Source: Microthyrium microscopicum
Taxonomy: Eukaryota
Direction: 5' to 3'
NCBI GenBank assembly: GCA_010405405.1
Contig: MU004238.1
Span: 11,530-75,529 of the forward strand
Length of the DNA stretch: 64,000 bases
Positions 37,173 through 50,251 of this stretch are shown piece by piece (the stretch's first letter is position 1; each line of letters starts with the position of its first letter). The position numbers were made by a program, and so were the translations under genes. The notes beneath the pieces are model-generated. The model saw only the letters and a list, made by a program, of their open reading frames with translations, did no database searches and was not told the DNA's origin.

Positions 37173-39783
37173 TTACGGCCCACCAGCAACGCAATAGTCG
37201 TAACCTATCCACAAATTTGGGCAACCCTTGCCTACAGGTGGATTCCAAGCATAGAACTTGTCCAAAGATATGCCATTAGCTTGCGCAAGATCATAGCAAA
37301 TGTCCCCCTGAACAACAGTGTGATACTCTGAGCAGCCTAATGCAATGCCTTGTTGTGTATGGAGAGGCCGAGATGGCTGGACTGGGGTTGCTGATGATGA
37401 AGAGGTTGTCGACGAAGATGGTGAAGTTGGCGTTGAGGTTGAGGTTGAAATTGATTTCGAGATTGAGCTAGTGCTCTGCCCTGTACCCAGTCGCACGCAA
37501 GCCGCGGTGTAGTTACTCGCATCTTTGATGCTCAGACCCGCATAGAGACCTGTGTCGCAGTCCGGCCCTATCCACGGATTCCAGGCTAAGAAACTTTTCA
37601 ATGAGATCTTATGCTCTTCAATGAGACTGGCACAGGTGTATACTAAATCCGAAATCAGTGGGACTTCTCATAGACAGAGTGAGATTGCTTACACCCTTGA
37701 TCAACACCAATTACTGTTGTCCAACAGTCGCAATTAGCGTTTGTACCTGGCTTGACATCCTGAGCTGTGATAGAATCGCAAAGTGAGGTTCCAGGCTGCA
37801 GAGGTGGAGCTGTTGTTATTCGTTAGCTTCGTTTCATGGCTGCATTGTGCATATTGATGTCTACTTACAGTCTCCAGCAAGAGTGCAGTAACGGAGTTCT
37901 GGTTGTAAAATGCAAGCAGCTATCGACCCGCTGCTTGCTAAGCTTGGATTCCAGATAAAGAGCTGCTCCATAGTAATGCCATATATGGAAGCCGTCGTGT
38001 TACACTGGTAGAGAGATGCCCAATAAAAGTCACGATTAACAGATGCGTCAGACTGGTCAACAAACGGCGGCTTAGGGTTTACGTTTTGGTATAAAGTACA
38101 ATTACTCCAGGTTCCAGCTGCGAGGGGATATTCACTGGCAACGGGCATGGCTGGAGGATTCAACGGCACTGTTTTCCATGTTTCCGTTGTAAAGGTTTCG
38201 GAAGTAAGCGTATAAGGCTGTGCGGTTGTTGGATAACCAGAGTAGGTACTGATGGAGCCCACAGGTCTCGCGCAATACGATGTACTGATCCATAAATTGC
38301 TGCAGCGAGAATCGATCATCGGGTTTAGGAAGTAGAAATCGGCAAGACTAATTTTGAATTGCGTTGTGATTTTCAAACATGTATCCCCTTGCTTTGTCTA
38401 GCGAAACTGCATTAGAAGAGGTGGCGCGTTCCATCATCGAAGCTACCTACTGTATACCACTGCGCGCAGTTTGTTGTGCTATTCGGAGCATGATTCGTAG
38501 GTACAGGAGCCGCAGTAGTTGGCACAGGCGTCGCGGGAATTGGGGTTATAGAACCTGTTCCGCCTGGAGAGTTTGCATCGCTGCCTGGGGGACTAATGGT
38601 ATCAGGAAGGTCAGTGAGTGTTCCCCAATTAGCTATCATAGTTCCAGCATACTTACCCAATACATACAACTCTAGACGATGGCGAGTTCAGATTCATACA
38701 CAGTGCATCAATATTTGGATTCCAGTTGTAGAATTGACCGGCCGTTACGCGGCCGTTAGTATTGGCAAGTGTCGCCAGGTTGAACTGAGAGAGTAAGACA
38801 AGAATCCGCGATGCAGAGTTTAGCCCCAGGTTGCAGATCTTGGCACTTTAGGTCGAGCCCGTTGAGTTTGATAAGAGACCATGTCGATATCGAGTTCTTC
38901 AAGGCAATAGAGGAGCACGTGTCTTGTTGAGATGCAACATAAGTCGCGCGACAAGACGGTGTTGGCAATGCCATAGCTGCGGTAGAAGTACTAGCGCCAA
39001 TAGTGTAGCTACTAGGTGTGGTTATTGAGTAGGTGCTTTTCTTACAACTCGACGTCGATGACCGAAACTGATCTTCATATTCTTTGTCGTACCCAAAAGG
39101 TGAATTGAGATCGGTTTGCATCCCACCCAGAACACAGTCCGAGCATATTTGGGCGTCGGTCCAGAGGCCATGTTGAAGCCAAGATAATCGTAGAGTATCA
39201 CAATATTGTCCAGATGTACTGCGCCTGTGTCAGCAATCTCATAGTTGTCTTCAACAATATACCTACCTGTCTTTTCGACAGGAAATCTGGTAAGAATACA
39301 AATAACGGTCCACAAGCCACGATGCTATGAGTTTTTAGTGGGTGTAACCAGTGAGCTTAACAAAGTATGAGACTCTCACCTGGAAACTTGACTCGATCAA
39401 TCTCTATTACATCCTGTGCATGTGAGCAAGCTTTCTCTATAGCTTCCCTGGCCATTTTCAGATCAGCCAGGCATTGGCTTGTACATAAGGCATTCAACTT
39501 TTCAGGGACTAGTCTCGGATTTCTGTCCTGGGTTAGTATTTACCAAACAATGGCGAAGGGCAATATGTTAGAGTGAAGTGAAGAGGAGAGACACAAACTG
39601 CATAAAAGTCCCGGTAAGGAAGTTTGGGCGATTCGCCGTCGTATTCAATGCTGCTTGACAGCTGGAGCTTACGCTATCCCACACATTTGGCGCTGGCGTG
39701 GTATTGGAGTCAGAGACTAAGATTTGTCCAGAGCAGCTTACAATGCACACTCCAAAGGTAAGCAGACAAAGTAATCGTCGCAT
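37173..39783 (-). pseudogene. Secreted multi-LysM (about 6 LysM-like modules) protein, multi-exon, with an apparent frameshift
   Basis: Signal-peptide-like MRRLLCLLTFGVCIVSCSG. Fungal LysM signatures QDTCSSIALKNSIS, GDTCLKITTQFKISLADFYFLNP and GDICYDLAQANGISLDKFYAWNP. In module 2, GDTC and NTNGRVTAGQFYNWNP are out of frame at ~38762 with no intron between them. Confidence 0.8.
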
Positions 39784-41926
39784 CCTGAGGGATATCGTTC
39801 AATTGACGTAAATACTATGTGGAAAGGAAGTCAAGGAAGTCATGTATATGTAGAGACATGCTAACAAACCGAGAGTTGGACGCGAGCCCTATTACATTTG
39901 CTGGCATTATAGTTGTATTTAGTGTGCAGGAGGTGATAGAGTGTTCCTTTTCAAGCAGACATTTTGAATTCGGACTAAATGCAAGGTCTGTTCCCCATGA
40001 ATAATCGACTCCTGGTGAAGTGGCTGGGTGCTTGACATCCTCTGTGTATTATTGAGGAGCACTCTAATTAAACTAGAGCTTAATACCAAACTTTGTCCAG
40101 GAAATGAATTTGCGCATTACACAACCCCGCGAAGGATTCATTCGATTTACTGAATGTTATCCTCGCGTTTACTTTGCTTGGTTCACTTAGGACACACCTG
40201 TTACCTAATTGCTCCACTATCTGAACACGCGTTTAAGATCAAATACATCTACGAAGGTACCTGGTAGGTAAACATCGGAAACTTGCTGCGCCACACTGCG
40301 CCACCCCCCAAGTGCTTTTTACAAAGAAGAACTTGTCCTTTTTTTCAACTAAATTCAACGGACAAAACAACTTACAAACTATACCAGGATCAGCAGGCTT
40401 TTACACCAACATTGGCAGCGGCATTACGGGATGGAGTCTATGAATTGTCAGGAAAATTCCCCGATGCGGAAGACGTAGAACAAGGAAATAAGAACAATCC
40501 TGAGAAACTCAAGAGCGAGTTTTTGGAGTTTGTCTGATTAGGAACCTTCTATCTAATACACGCATTCAGACGCCCAATTACTAAAACTTCTCCTCGTCGA
40601 GCCATATGGAATAAGTGTACCTAGGTAGGTATCTAAGGTATATTGGGAGGAGGAAGAGGCGAGTTGCAAATACCTGCGCCCGCTCCAAGGTAGGTATTCA
40701 TTGAGAATGTTTTAGTGTAGTCCTGACGCTAGAAAAGTAACCAACGGTTCGAACCTTAAAAAATTGCCAGGACACGCAAGCGTCAGCAGCATATCACCCG
40801 ACTTTGTCATATATCTCGTCGGCGGTGACCTCGCTTAGCCTGAGAAGCATATTCAAATCGTGAACACCTATAATCCGCGTACTCGCTTAGTGAAGACGGC
40901 ACATTTATAGAGACTTGAAGCATATGCTTGTAAATCTAGTGAGTGCTAGAATCCAGGCAATCTAGTAGCAACTCGGCACGAGTGGCTATATCACGATAGG
41001 CAGATAAATTGACGCCAATGGGGGGGCGACTACGATAAGGAGCTGTTTACATCGAAAGATCTGCTCGTCAAATCACCCAGTAGCTGCACACTCAAGCCAT
41101 GTGACGCTGACCCACAGAGCAAATGTCTTCAGTATTGGCCAACATCGACGGGAGCCAAATCGACCAGAGGACGGTAACTAGTTGTCTTTGAAGAGATGGT
41201 CTTGGCCGTCTCTTCGTGGACAAAATTAATGAGCCGTTTTGATGACTGCTCCCGCCGGTTGCGATGACTGCAACAACATTCTTAAAGAGTGATTGCTTAA
41301 TTCCCATCAGGGTCATATCTCTTACTTCATATTATCGAATACGATAGACATTAAAGTGGTCACTCTTCAAGAACCGTTATGGCAGCCATCGCAATCGATG
41401 GGAGTAGTTGTCAAAACCGCTCACATATTTTTTCCCTCGAGAGGCCGCATCGGAGCCACCTATTGCAGAGTATCTGGAAAGTGGGTCACTATTCAAGGAC
41501 TGGGGTCCCGATTCAGGTTGGACAGAGAGTAGAGGTAAAGGTGTAACATATCAAGCGACGTATCAATCACCCTGGAAGGCGCTGCTGTATGGAAAATACT
41601 CCCCTCGGCAGAGAGGATGGGGAGGAAGACATGACATTAGACTTACAATGAGCTTGACTGTGCAAATTAGTTATGCAAACTGATGCTGCGTGAGGCTGTC
41701 AAATATATATACGTCATATCGTAATAATTGAGTAACCAATTCTTCGGTTTTTGACCCAATAATCGTGACAAAGGCATGGGCTGAAATGTGCAGGAGCGAT
41801 TCGATATGCTGAATTAGATGTTGTACGTGGCAGGCGCTGGACAGAATGCAGCTGTTTACCAGGAAAAATGTAGTTCATTCTCGCAGCTTAAGAAATAAGA
41901 GAGAACAAGCAATTTTGCAATATTCG

Positions 41927-42767
41927 CTACATTTCCATTCCCATCATTCCCTTGCCGCAATCTTGAATGGCAATCTCCGGTGGCTCCAACATCAGAGCTT
42001 TACCGAACTCGGCAGCAATGGGCATACCTTTGAACGCTGCTACAATGAATTTGGCGCCTCTATCCATCCACAATGGCTTCATGTAGTCCATATGTCGACC
42101 ATGGCAATTCCCATTCTTGTCGCAAGTGTTGTCGCCCTTTGAGCAATTCTCCTGCCAGCGCGCCATAAGCATACTTGGAATCTTGCCGTAGTCTTCAGGA
42201 CACGCCATTGCAGGATTGCCGTATGGCACAATAGCCACAACCTTGGCCGTCAAATTCGCTGGCATGGCTGCAGCAGCCATGTGAACGATTATGGAACCGG
42301 CAGAAATCCCGGTCAATGCAAATTTCTGATTTGGGCAAGCTGCGGACTGCTTGCGGATACGGTTGATAACGTCATCGCGGCCAATAATGCCGTCCTTGTC
42401 GAATTCCGTGGACGCAGCGTACTGAACCGGGTATCCTCTGGCTCCAGAAATCATCGCGCTCACTTTTGCCATGAATTGATCACCGAAAGCCATGCCGAAT
42501 TTTCCGTTGGGTCCGTCAGGTTCGCTTCCTCCTCTTGCTAAACATGGTTACCATCAAATCTTTCCACGCTGGAGTGGACATACCAATAAGAACTTCAAAG
42601 TCGGAGCAACCAGTGGGAATGTTGCTTAGATTCATAGGCACCGGAGATATCACCATATCTCCAATCATGGTCTTCATCAGCTTTTGGGTACATGTTTGCT
42701 GAGGTTGAAGTATGATGTCGACACTGACCGCGCCTATCACGAGCGTGGAGATGGCTATGATCTTCAT
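41927..42767 (-). CDS. Secreted cutinase / CE5-family esterase
   Basis: Signal peptide. Intron 42538-42583. C....VLIARGGSEP, YPVQYAAS, CPNQKFALTGISAG, YGNP, CSKGDNTC, HMDY. Confidence 0.88.
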
Positions 42768-44088
42768 TTTCTCTGATTGAACAACGTTGAGAGAAAGTAA
42801 GAGTACAGAAATCGAGTACTAGTATTTAGATAGACTGATATAAAGCTAAACATTATGCAACCAGCCTTGGATCGTTTTTATATCCCTCTGCCATGTCTAA
42901 TGAGGTGTTTTCAAAAGTGAGCAGGAAAGCATCGGCACAAATTTGAAACTTATCTATATTGAATGAACATGACAGTCTGCATGCTGATTGGTAACTATTA
43001 TGATATGCTAGCCCTGGTAGGAGGGAAACTGGACGCGCCCTGCCATTTTCTAGTATATGTTACGGAGGGAAACTCGACGCGACATTAATCCTCAGGTTCC
43101 CTATTTTAGGGTAAAGTATTTATGCTAGAGCAAGTCCTTCAAGATAGACAAACTTTGTACTCAAACGACGTGATCTCACTTAAATATATACACCGCAGAG
43201 AGCGTTTGAGGCAGTTTCATGGATTTTCAGTTGTTCTTCTACTGTTACTGCTTGGATGCAATCTATTGCTACCTGTTGCTGCTATTAACCTTTGCAAGAG
43301 TTTACATATATTCGCAATAAATAGAGGGAAATTCAGAAATGGAATGTCTAGTATACCGCATGTTGATCCATCCAGAGTTGAAACTGCGTTGAGTAGGGGC
43401 GACCCAGAAGGGGTGTTTCAGCCAAGAACTGGGTGTTATTTAGATCTTCGAAGGGGCAGAGATTCTGGTTCCTTAAGCATCTTTTAACCAATACAAATAA
43501 CATCAGATCCTCTATTGCCGTTCTACACTACATCAGCGTCGTCCTAATAAGTACGTGCTATTGGCGTATTGCAAAACTCTTTATTTGACAGTGAACTCTT
43601 CGGACTGGAACAGTTCTTATTACCTGTATAACTCCAAGCTCTCGATTGTTCATTTCATTACGGCCTGTTGAACATGTTCGTTGGATTCAAAGTTTTGGCG
43701 TGAGAACTTGAGGAGGGAAGAATGCTCGAATGTCTTGGGATCATTGATGTCTTGGGATGTGCAGCGCGCTAAGCAGCACGCTACTGCAGCACGCTAACAC
43801 GTAACAAGACTAATGCCGCCTCAAACGTGCAGGCAGACTTGGCAGGATAGCAACATGGCATTTGTGGAATTTGCATGCTTGAGTTTCAAATCCCATGCTC
43901 AGCTATCGTCATATCTGCAGGGTAGCCGCAACCTACAATCGTTCGATGCCACATGCAATCATGCATTTCATACACTTATAAAGAAAGGCTCAAAGCCAGT
44001 GACAACTTTACCTTCATACACTACTCTCTGAACTGTCTCCTATCATCATTTCGACTAAATTCTACTACATCATCTTTCTGGCTTCAAC

Positions 44089-45257
44089 ATGGCCCCCGAT
44101 CGTACTTCTGTTCAGTCAGGCTCTGAACAACCATCTCATGACGCCATTGATAACGGCAATCCCGCTGTTTTCAAGCCAAAATACTTCGTTCTCGACGATA
44201 TAAACATAGACCTTCTTACAGTCATCGCTACACTTCTCTCAGTTTTATCCTTCTTTACATCATACATCTCCAGTACCAAAACAATCGCTGTAGCCACGGC
44301 GATTATTCTACCTTTACGAGTCTTTTTCCCTCGTCCTACAGATCCTGAAGGTCTCGTTCTCATCACAGGTGGCTCAGGTGGCATTGGTGCCGAACTATCC
44401 TACATTTTCGCCAACCATGGTAATGACCTCGTTCTAGTCGGTCGAAATGAGGAGCAGCTGGAGAATGTGAAGCGCAATGTTGAGCAGAAATACAAACAGA
44501 AAGTATATACCATAACTGCCGACCTCTCGCTTCCCGGTAGCGCTCAGAAGTTGTACGATAACGTTACAAGCAAAGGACTGGAAGTCAGTGTCCTTGTCAA
44601 TAATGCCGGCTTGGGCGCAGCAGGTGATACTCTCGAGCAACCAATCGATATTGCAGAGCGGATGACAACACTCAACTGCATTACAGTCGTACAGCTCTCT
44701 CAACTTTTCGGACGAGATATGGCTCGACGAGGCAAAGGATGGATGCTTCAAGTTTCCAGCGTCGGCGGTAAGTTGATATCGCTAACAAACTCTCTTCGAT
44801 TGGCAATTAACCCTATGTAGGTTGGATGGCGTCTCCCCATCATAACATCTACCACGCCACTAAACACTTCGTCCGCGCCTTTTCTGAAAGCCTGTCTCTC
44901 GAGCTTCGTGCCTATCCTGGAGTGGTGAATACACAAATTATGCCCGGCCCTACTCAGACGCAGTGGCCGACACGAGCGGATGCTGAGGAGACAGTTATGT
45001 TTGGCATGCCAGGCGGACAAAATGATCCAAAGCAAGTTGCTCTGGCGGCATATGAAGGATTGAGGAAACGCAAGCGAATGGTATTCAGCAGTTGGGATGA
45101 TGCGATATCGTCAGTGTTTATGCAACTTGCGCCGAGGAGTGTGCATTTGACACTGGCGGCAATGGCAAACTCGCCTACGAGAGGCCTTGCAAGGATGCCA
45201 GAGCCAGAGAAGGATCAGGGAAAAAGAGGACAGAAGTTGGAAGGCAGGAAAGACTAG
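44089..45257 (+). CDS. Short-chain dehydrogenase/reductase with an N-terminal membrane anchor
   Basis: TGGSGGIG, LVNNAG, VSSVGG, YHATK (YxxxK), MPGPT. Intron 44768-44820. Confidence 0.93.
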
Positions 45258-45516
45258 GCTCTGCTACCTGGTAGTACTCGGTGGAATCACAGTGATGTTC
45301 TATTTTGCCCCATTGGAATGATTCGGACAACCACCAGGACAACTAAACCGATATGAGTAGTGATAGACGACCATCAAACCAGAGTCATGTTCTATATTCG
45401 TCCGCGGCTTAGATCAATTCCTCAATATTGTCGGTGACAGCCACGGCATGAACAATATTATTACCTGATTCACTGTTTAACATTGATGACAGTCTTACGA
45501 TTCGATCCCATTTACT

Positions 45517-47350
45517 TCATATCAAAACTGTATGTTTCCACCATTGATCTTTCCATATCTCTTCGCTGTCTCTCATCACATTATACTTCGTCTTCATGTA
45601 ACCCAGTCGCCGCAATGTGCGTTCATCTGCAATTTCTGATTCTTGAACATTTTCTTCATACAACTCCATACTTTTATGCTTATTTTTCTGGGTCAATACA
45701 ATGTGGACATCGAGGTAAAAGGACACTTGCGCCTCGCTCATAGACTAATGAACCATGTAGAGGCAAAGAACATTTACCGATTCATTTACTGGAAACTCAG
45801 AGGCAACGTCCGGAAGAAATTGATGCTTCTCAGAATCTGACATGCGGCCAACAGAGTTTACCAATACCTTATATTCCAGCTTTCCTTGACTCGTTGTCGT
45901 TGCAGTGATTTTCGCTGGTCGCAAATCTCCTTGCAGCTTTATGCTATAAAATTCGGCTCCGCCTTGAGTTCAAGCTGGAATCGGTAATGCCTTATCAAAG
46001 CTTGTACCAACAGGCATTATGGACTGAGGTTTGATCATGAGTTGAGGCTTAAGAGGAAGTCGAGTGTAGTATCGATTTAGCACTTTTTTTTGATCCAGAC
46101 CAGCCCAACTCCAGGAGGGTGATCGCAACGAAGACGAACGTATCGCTTCTGGCCCATCAGGATCAATACACCAAAGTAATTCATGTTCGATAAAATGGTA
46201 CCAAAGACCAAAGTTATTTTTCATCAGTGTGTATCGTTGAGCCGCGGCCGCAATTCCATTCATAGCTAGCAACTTGTCTTTGCCGTATGTGAGCTGCCGT
46301 GGAGTATAAAGACTAAGGAATATCCACCAAGCGACTAGGCATGGCTCATATTCGGATATTCCCCCAAAGATATCGGTATTCATGGAGACAGAACGGTGTT
46401 GGTCTTCTGCAACATGAAACCCAGGGAGGCGAAAATCTCGGAAAAATGCAAATAGTTCCTTTGGATGATCCGGCGACACCATCTCCTGAGAAATTGTAGT
46501 CGCCCCCTGCCTTTCTTCCTCAATTGGATCCTGCGGTTGATTCAGTGCCAATACTCGATCTTTAAGATCCTCGTTGGCACATGCACTCGCGTCACTTTGC
46601 CGACACTCCCAGGAAACTGTGTTTTCTGTGAAGACGATGGAACGAGGAGATATCATTCGCTCTTGCATAACCCATGCCCGGGTCTCAAGACTTCCTCTTT
46701 GACTTGGAAGCATGTCAGGTATAAAAAGCCCACCATCATTATCTTCAGCATCCATGGCCGCAATTGTGCAGACTGAATTCCCTTACACGACGGCCATTCG
46801 AAGAGCTTCAGTCTTCCAGTCTTCAGCATCATCTTGAACAATCGAAAGGGAGTCAATCCACAGATGACAGTAGCCGAGATCCTTTGTTACCACGACTGCA
46901 TCGCGGTATGTTCGAGGTAAATCTTCAAATCTAATTCCAGTAGTTTTCAGTTCTTCCGGATTTTCTTTTGTTGCAATGCAAGACTCATTCTTTCCCCAAC
47001 TATGGCTCAGAGCTATGTATGGTATTGGTTGACTTGTGACATTGATATCAATCAGCCGAATTGTAGCAGTGTCCTGAGAGGAGAAGGTCAAGAGCCGCCG
47101 TGGCATTTTGTCATCATGCCCCAGATCGTTTACCATGAGCATATTATCTGAGGATGAAATGGTGCATAGCCTCGCGGCCTTTTTGCAGGATTCGTGGGTA
47201 TCTAGGCATTGCTGGAGCCAGGTTTTAACTTTTCGAGCAGAAAACCTCTCCATGCTCGCAAAATCTAGACCCAAGATAGTAGATATCCTTGCGCTCAGGG
47301 CGATATCTGTACTGAGGAAACATTCAAAAGAAGAAGTGAGGTTATTGGTC
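45517..47350 (-). pseudogene. HET-domain (heterokaryon incompatibility-type) protein with three in-frame stops; 5' end uncertain
   Basis: YIALSHSWG, LPRTYRDAV, LWIDSLSIVQDD, RAWVMQE, SPSWSWA. In-frame TAA 46783 (MAVV*GNS, where Tyr is expected), TGA 45970 and TAG 45745. Confidence 0.88.
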
Positions 47351-48157
47351 GGTCAATCTTGAGGTGTCCAACCTTCAAACTGTTGGGGGCCTGGACAACA
47401 TTGGCTTATACTTCTGCATTCGCTCGAATTACGAAGTGGCTGCGTGCCAATGAGGCAGATGCCACACTGCTTGCATTTCAAAGACGTGCATGTAAGTTCC
47501 CCCTCCATGATTCGACCTACCTGTGTAGCTGCCAGTGCTTATTGAATAACCATAAGAGACTTGTCCAATCGATTTTTTCTTCCCAAAAAAGGCTAAAGTC
47601 AGTCATGAACGAGATGTGAATTACTTCTATTTCCGGATGAGCAGCCAATGAAATGTGCGACTACGATCTAGAACACTGAAAGCTCAACATCTATACCCGG
47701 CTAGCGACTGTGAAGAGAATCACCATCACTATAATATTCTTCAAGAGGAACACGCCTCAAGCGGGGTGAGTGAAAGCCACCGCAGCAGTCAATGTGGTAG
47801 GAAATTGTTACTCTTACTTCTCTCCCGCCATGAGCAAGTAGATCGACAAAAGCTCTATCCATTCCTTTACGGTACTACTCGGAAACTGGCCGAATATATG
47901 CTCAAAATTGTCGTTGAATGGTAAGTCCTGGAAGAGTGGATCTATCTTCACTTTATTCCCCGGTCTTCCATATCCCCGCTCACATATGACGGCGCATTCT
48001 CACAAGCGATTTCGCTACTTGATTCGTCAAAAAGTTGAAGATAATTTTTGCTCGGGATATCACTCCAAGCAACCGAAGCAAAAGGCTATTAAATAAAATA
48101 CAGGAATTGGTCTGAATAGCCTTGTTGAGCAAATCGAATACTTCACCTATAGACAAG

Positions 48158-49544
48158 ATGGCGAATCTGGAAAAATGCCGAGAATCCTCAACGCTGTCAC
48201 TGGATCCTTCAGACCACCTTGTGCAAAGCGAACACTATGAACATCCAGTCACTGGGACTACTGACGCCCCAGGTACCACGTTGCCAGCGATTGATACTGG
48301 CTTTCAGGCCTGGCTCCAGGTACTTAGCGGTTGCCTTCTTTTATTCAATTGCTGGGGATTGGTTCTGTCATTTGGAACTTTTGAGACCTATTATGTAACT
48401 GGAGGGATCAGAAACACAGACTCGAGATCGGATGTAGCCTGGATTGGTTCACTGCAAGCCTTCCTGCTCAATATTGGTGCCCCAGTATTAGGACAATTGA
48501 CAGATTGTGGACATTTTAAGACTCTTGTCGCTACGGGATCCTTTTTGGTTGTCTTTGGAATGATGATGACTAGCCTCTGTACTGAGTACTGGCAATTTTT
48601 CCTGGCTCAAGGCGTATGTGTCGGAATAGGAATAGGATGCCTTCTTATACCAGGAATCACTATCCCTATTGGATGGTTTCAAAAACGTAGAGGCCTCGCT
48701 CTTGGACTCGTGTAAGTGCTTTGAAAGACTTTAGAGAAACGTACAAACTAATTATCCTCGAAGAACTGTTGGTTCAACCGTTGGTGGAGTGATATACTCA
48801 ATTGCGCTATATAAACTTCAGCCACTTATCGGTCTGCCATGGGCCACTAGAGTCTTTGGATTCATTGCGCTTGTGACGCTCATCATTCCCAACGTTACGC
48901 TGAAGCAAAGAGTCACGCCAGGCAAACGCAGTTCCATGATAGATCTCACAGTGTTCACCGATCCAGTATTTGCATTGCTGATTGCGTCTTTATTTTTCAC
49001 TTTCCTCGGCTTATTGGTGCCATATCATTTCATCGTACTGTTCGCAGAGGAGAACCATATCTATCTGTATGGCATGTCAACATTTTATCTATTACCAATC
49101 ATGAATGCGGGTAGTTGTATTGGAAGAACTTTTCCAGCCTGGCTTGCTGACAAAGTTGGACCTTTGAACGTCCTGATACCAGGTATGGCAATGTCTGGAC
49201 TCCTTGTCTTCTGCTGGATTCCAGCTAAGACTGGGGCTTCTGTCATCATAATTGCTATTGTCTACGGCTTCGCTTCTGGGGTAGTAGCTGTCTCGCCCCC
49301 AATTGCTGCTGCTAGCCTTACAGAAGACATGTCGAGATTTGGAGCACGAACAGGAATTGTTTTTGCCATCATGAGCGTAGCAAGTCTACTGGGATCACCA
49401 ATAAGCGGAGCAATTATACAAGCACAAGACGGAAACTATGATGGTGCTCGCATATATGCTGGACTAGTCATGCTAGCTGGAGCAATTCTCCTTTTAGCAG
49501 GCCGCATGATAAGGACGAAGGGAAAGTGGCTCATCAAAGTCTGA
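48158..49544 (+). CDS. MFS transporter, monocarboxylate porter (MCT/Mch-like) family
   Basis: AWLQVL..FNCWG..SFGTF, WIGSLQ, YWQFFLAQG, WFQKRRGLALG, ADKVGPLN. Intron 48712-48763. Many hydrophobic segments. Confidence 0.93.
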
Positions 49545-50251
49545 GCACTAATTTGCCTTGGACTCACGCTTGGAAAATATTTCCCGGGCAGCTAGAATAA
49601 CCTACAGTTATGAAATAGCGTTGAAGCGGTCTACATTGAAGTTGTAGCAGCACTATTTACAACTCCTAAGGATGCCTGGTTGGCAATCAACAATAGAACA
49701 TAACGCGAAAGTGGGATCGAGGACGTGATAACTAAATGGAATATGCACTCACTTCCAAAAAGACTAGAGTTTGAGTCTGCTATTGACACAGTTTACCCAA
49801 CATGTATAGACTATGTGCCGGCTGGCAATACAGTTCAAAGTACTTTCATGTTTCGGCGTCCCCTATCTGTTGTTCTAGAATTATTAGTCTTAATGTTTAA
49901 AACGTGGAGACTATAAGTAACATAACAATGGCTTCTGCAGTCATTATAAGCATATAAATTTGTTATGCCACACGATCGCATAGAAAACAAGCGAGTGTGT
50001 CTATGACATGGGAAATTAGGAGGGACTACTACAAAGCGGTTTTGAAAGGCTGAATAGAAAAGGAGGTGATTACTATTCAGCTATAACATTTAATCAGCAG
50101 GGGACAGCTGAACTGATTGGATCCAAATGCCCACATCAGAACCTCAACTTTTCAGCAGGTATTCAACAGAAAATCTCATCTTTTCCGGCCAATGACGCTA
50201 CTCTAGAGTAGTTTGAAGGCAACTCATCAAGTTACTCTTCGGCAGGGAACG

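Noticed and set aside
40700..40760. tRNA or Pol III gene suggested by ggttcgaacc
   Set aside because: No cloverleaf or acceptor-stem pairing could be built.
40283..41683. Gene fragments between the LysM and cutinase genes
   Set aside because: Short, stop-interrupted and without an identifiable family.
43122..43760. 121-aa ORF or a minus-strand relic
   Set aside because: No supporting motifs and multiple stops in the alternative frames.
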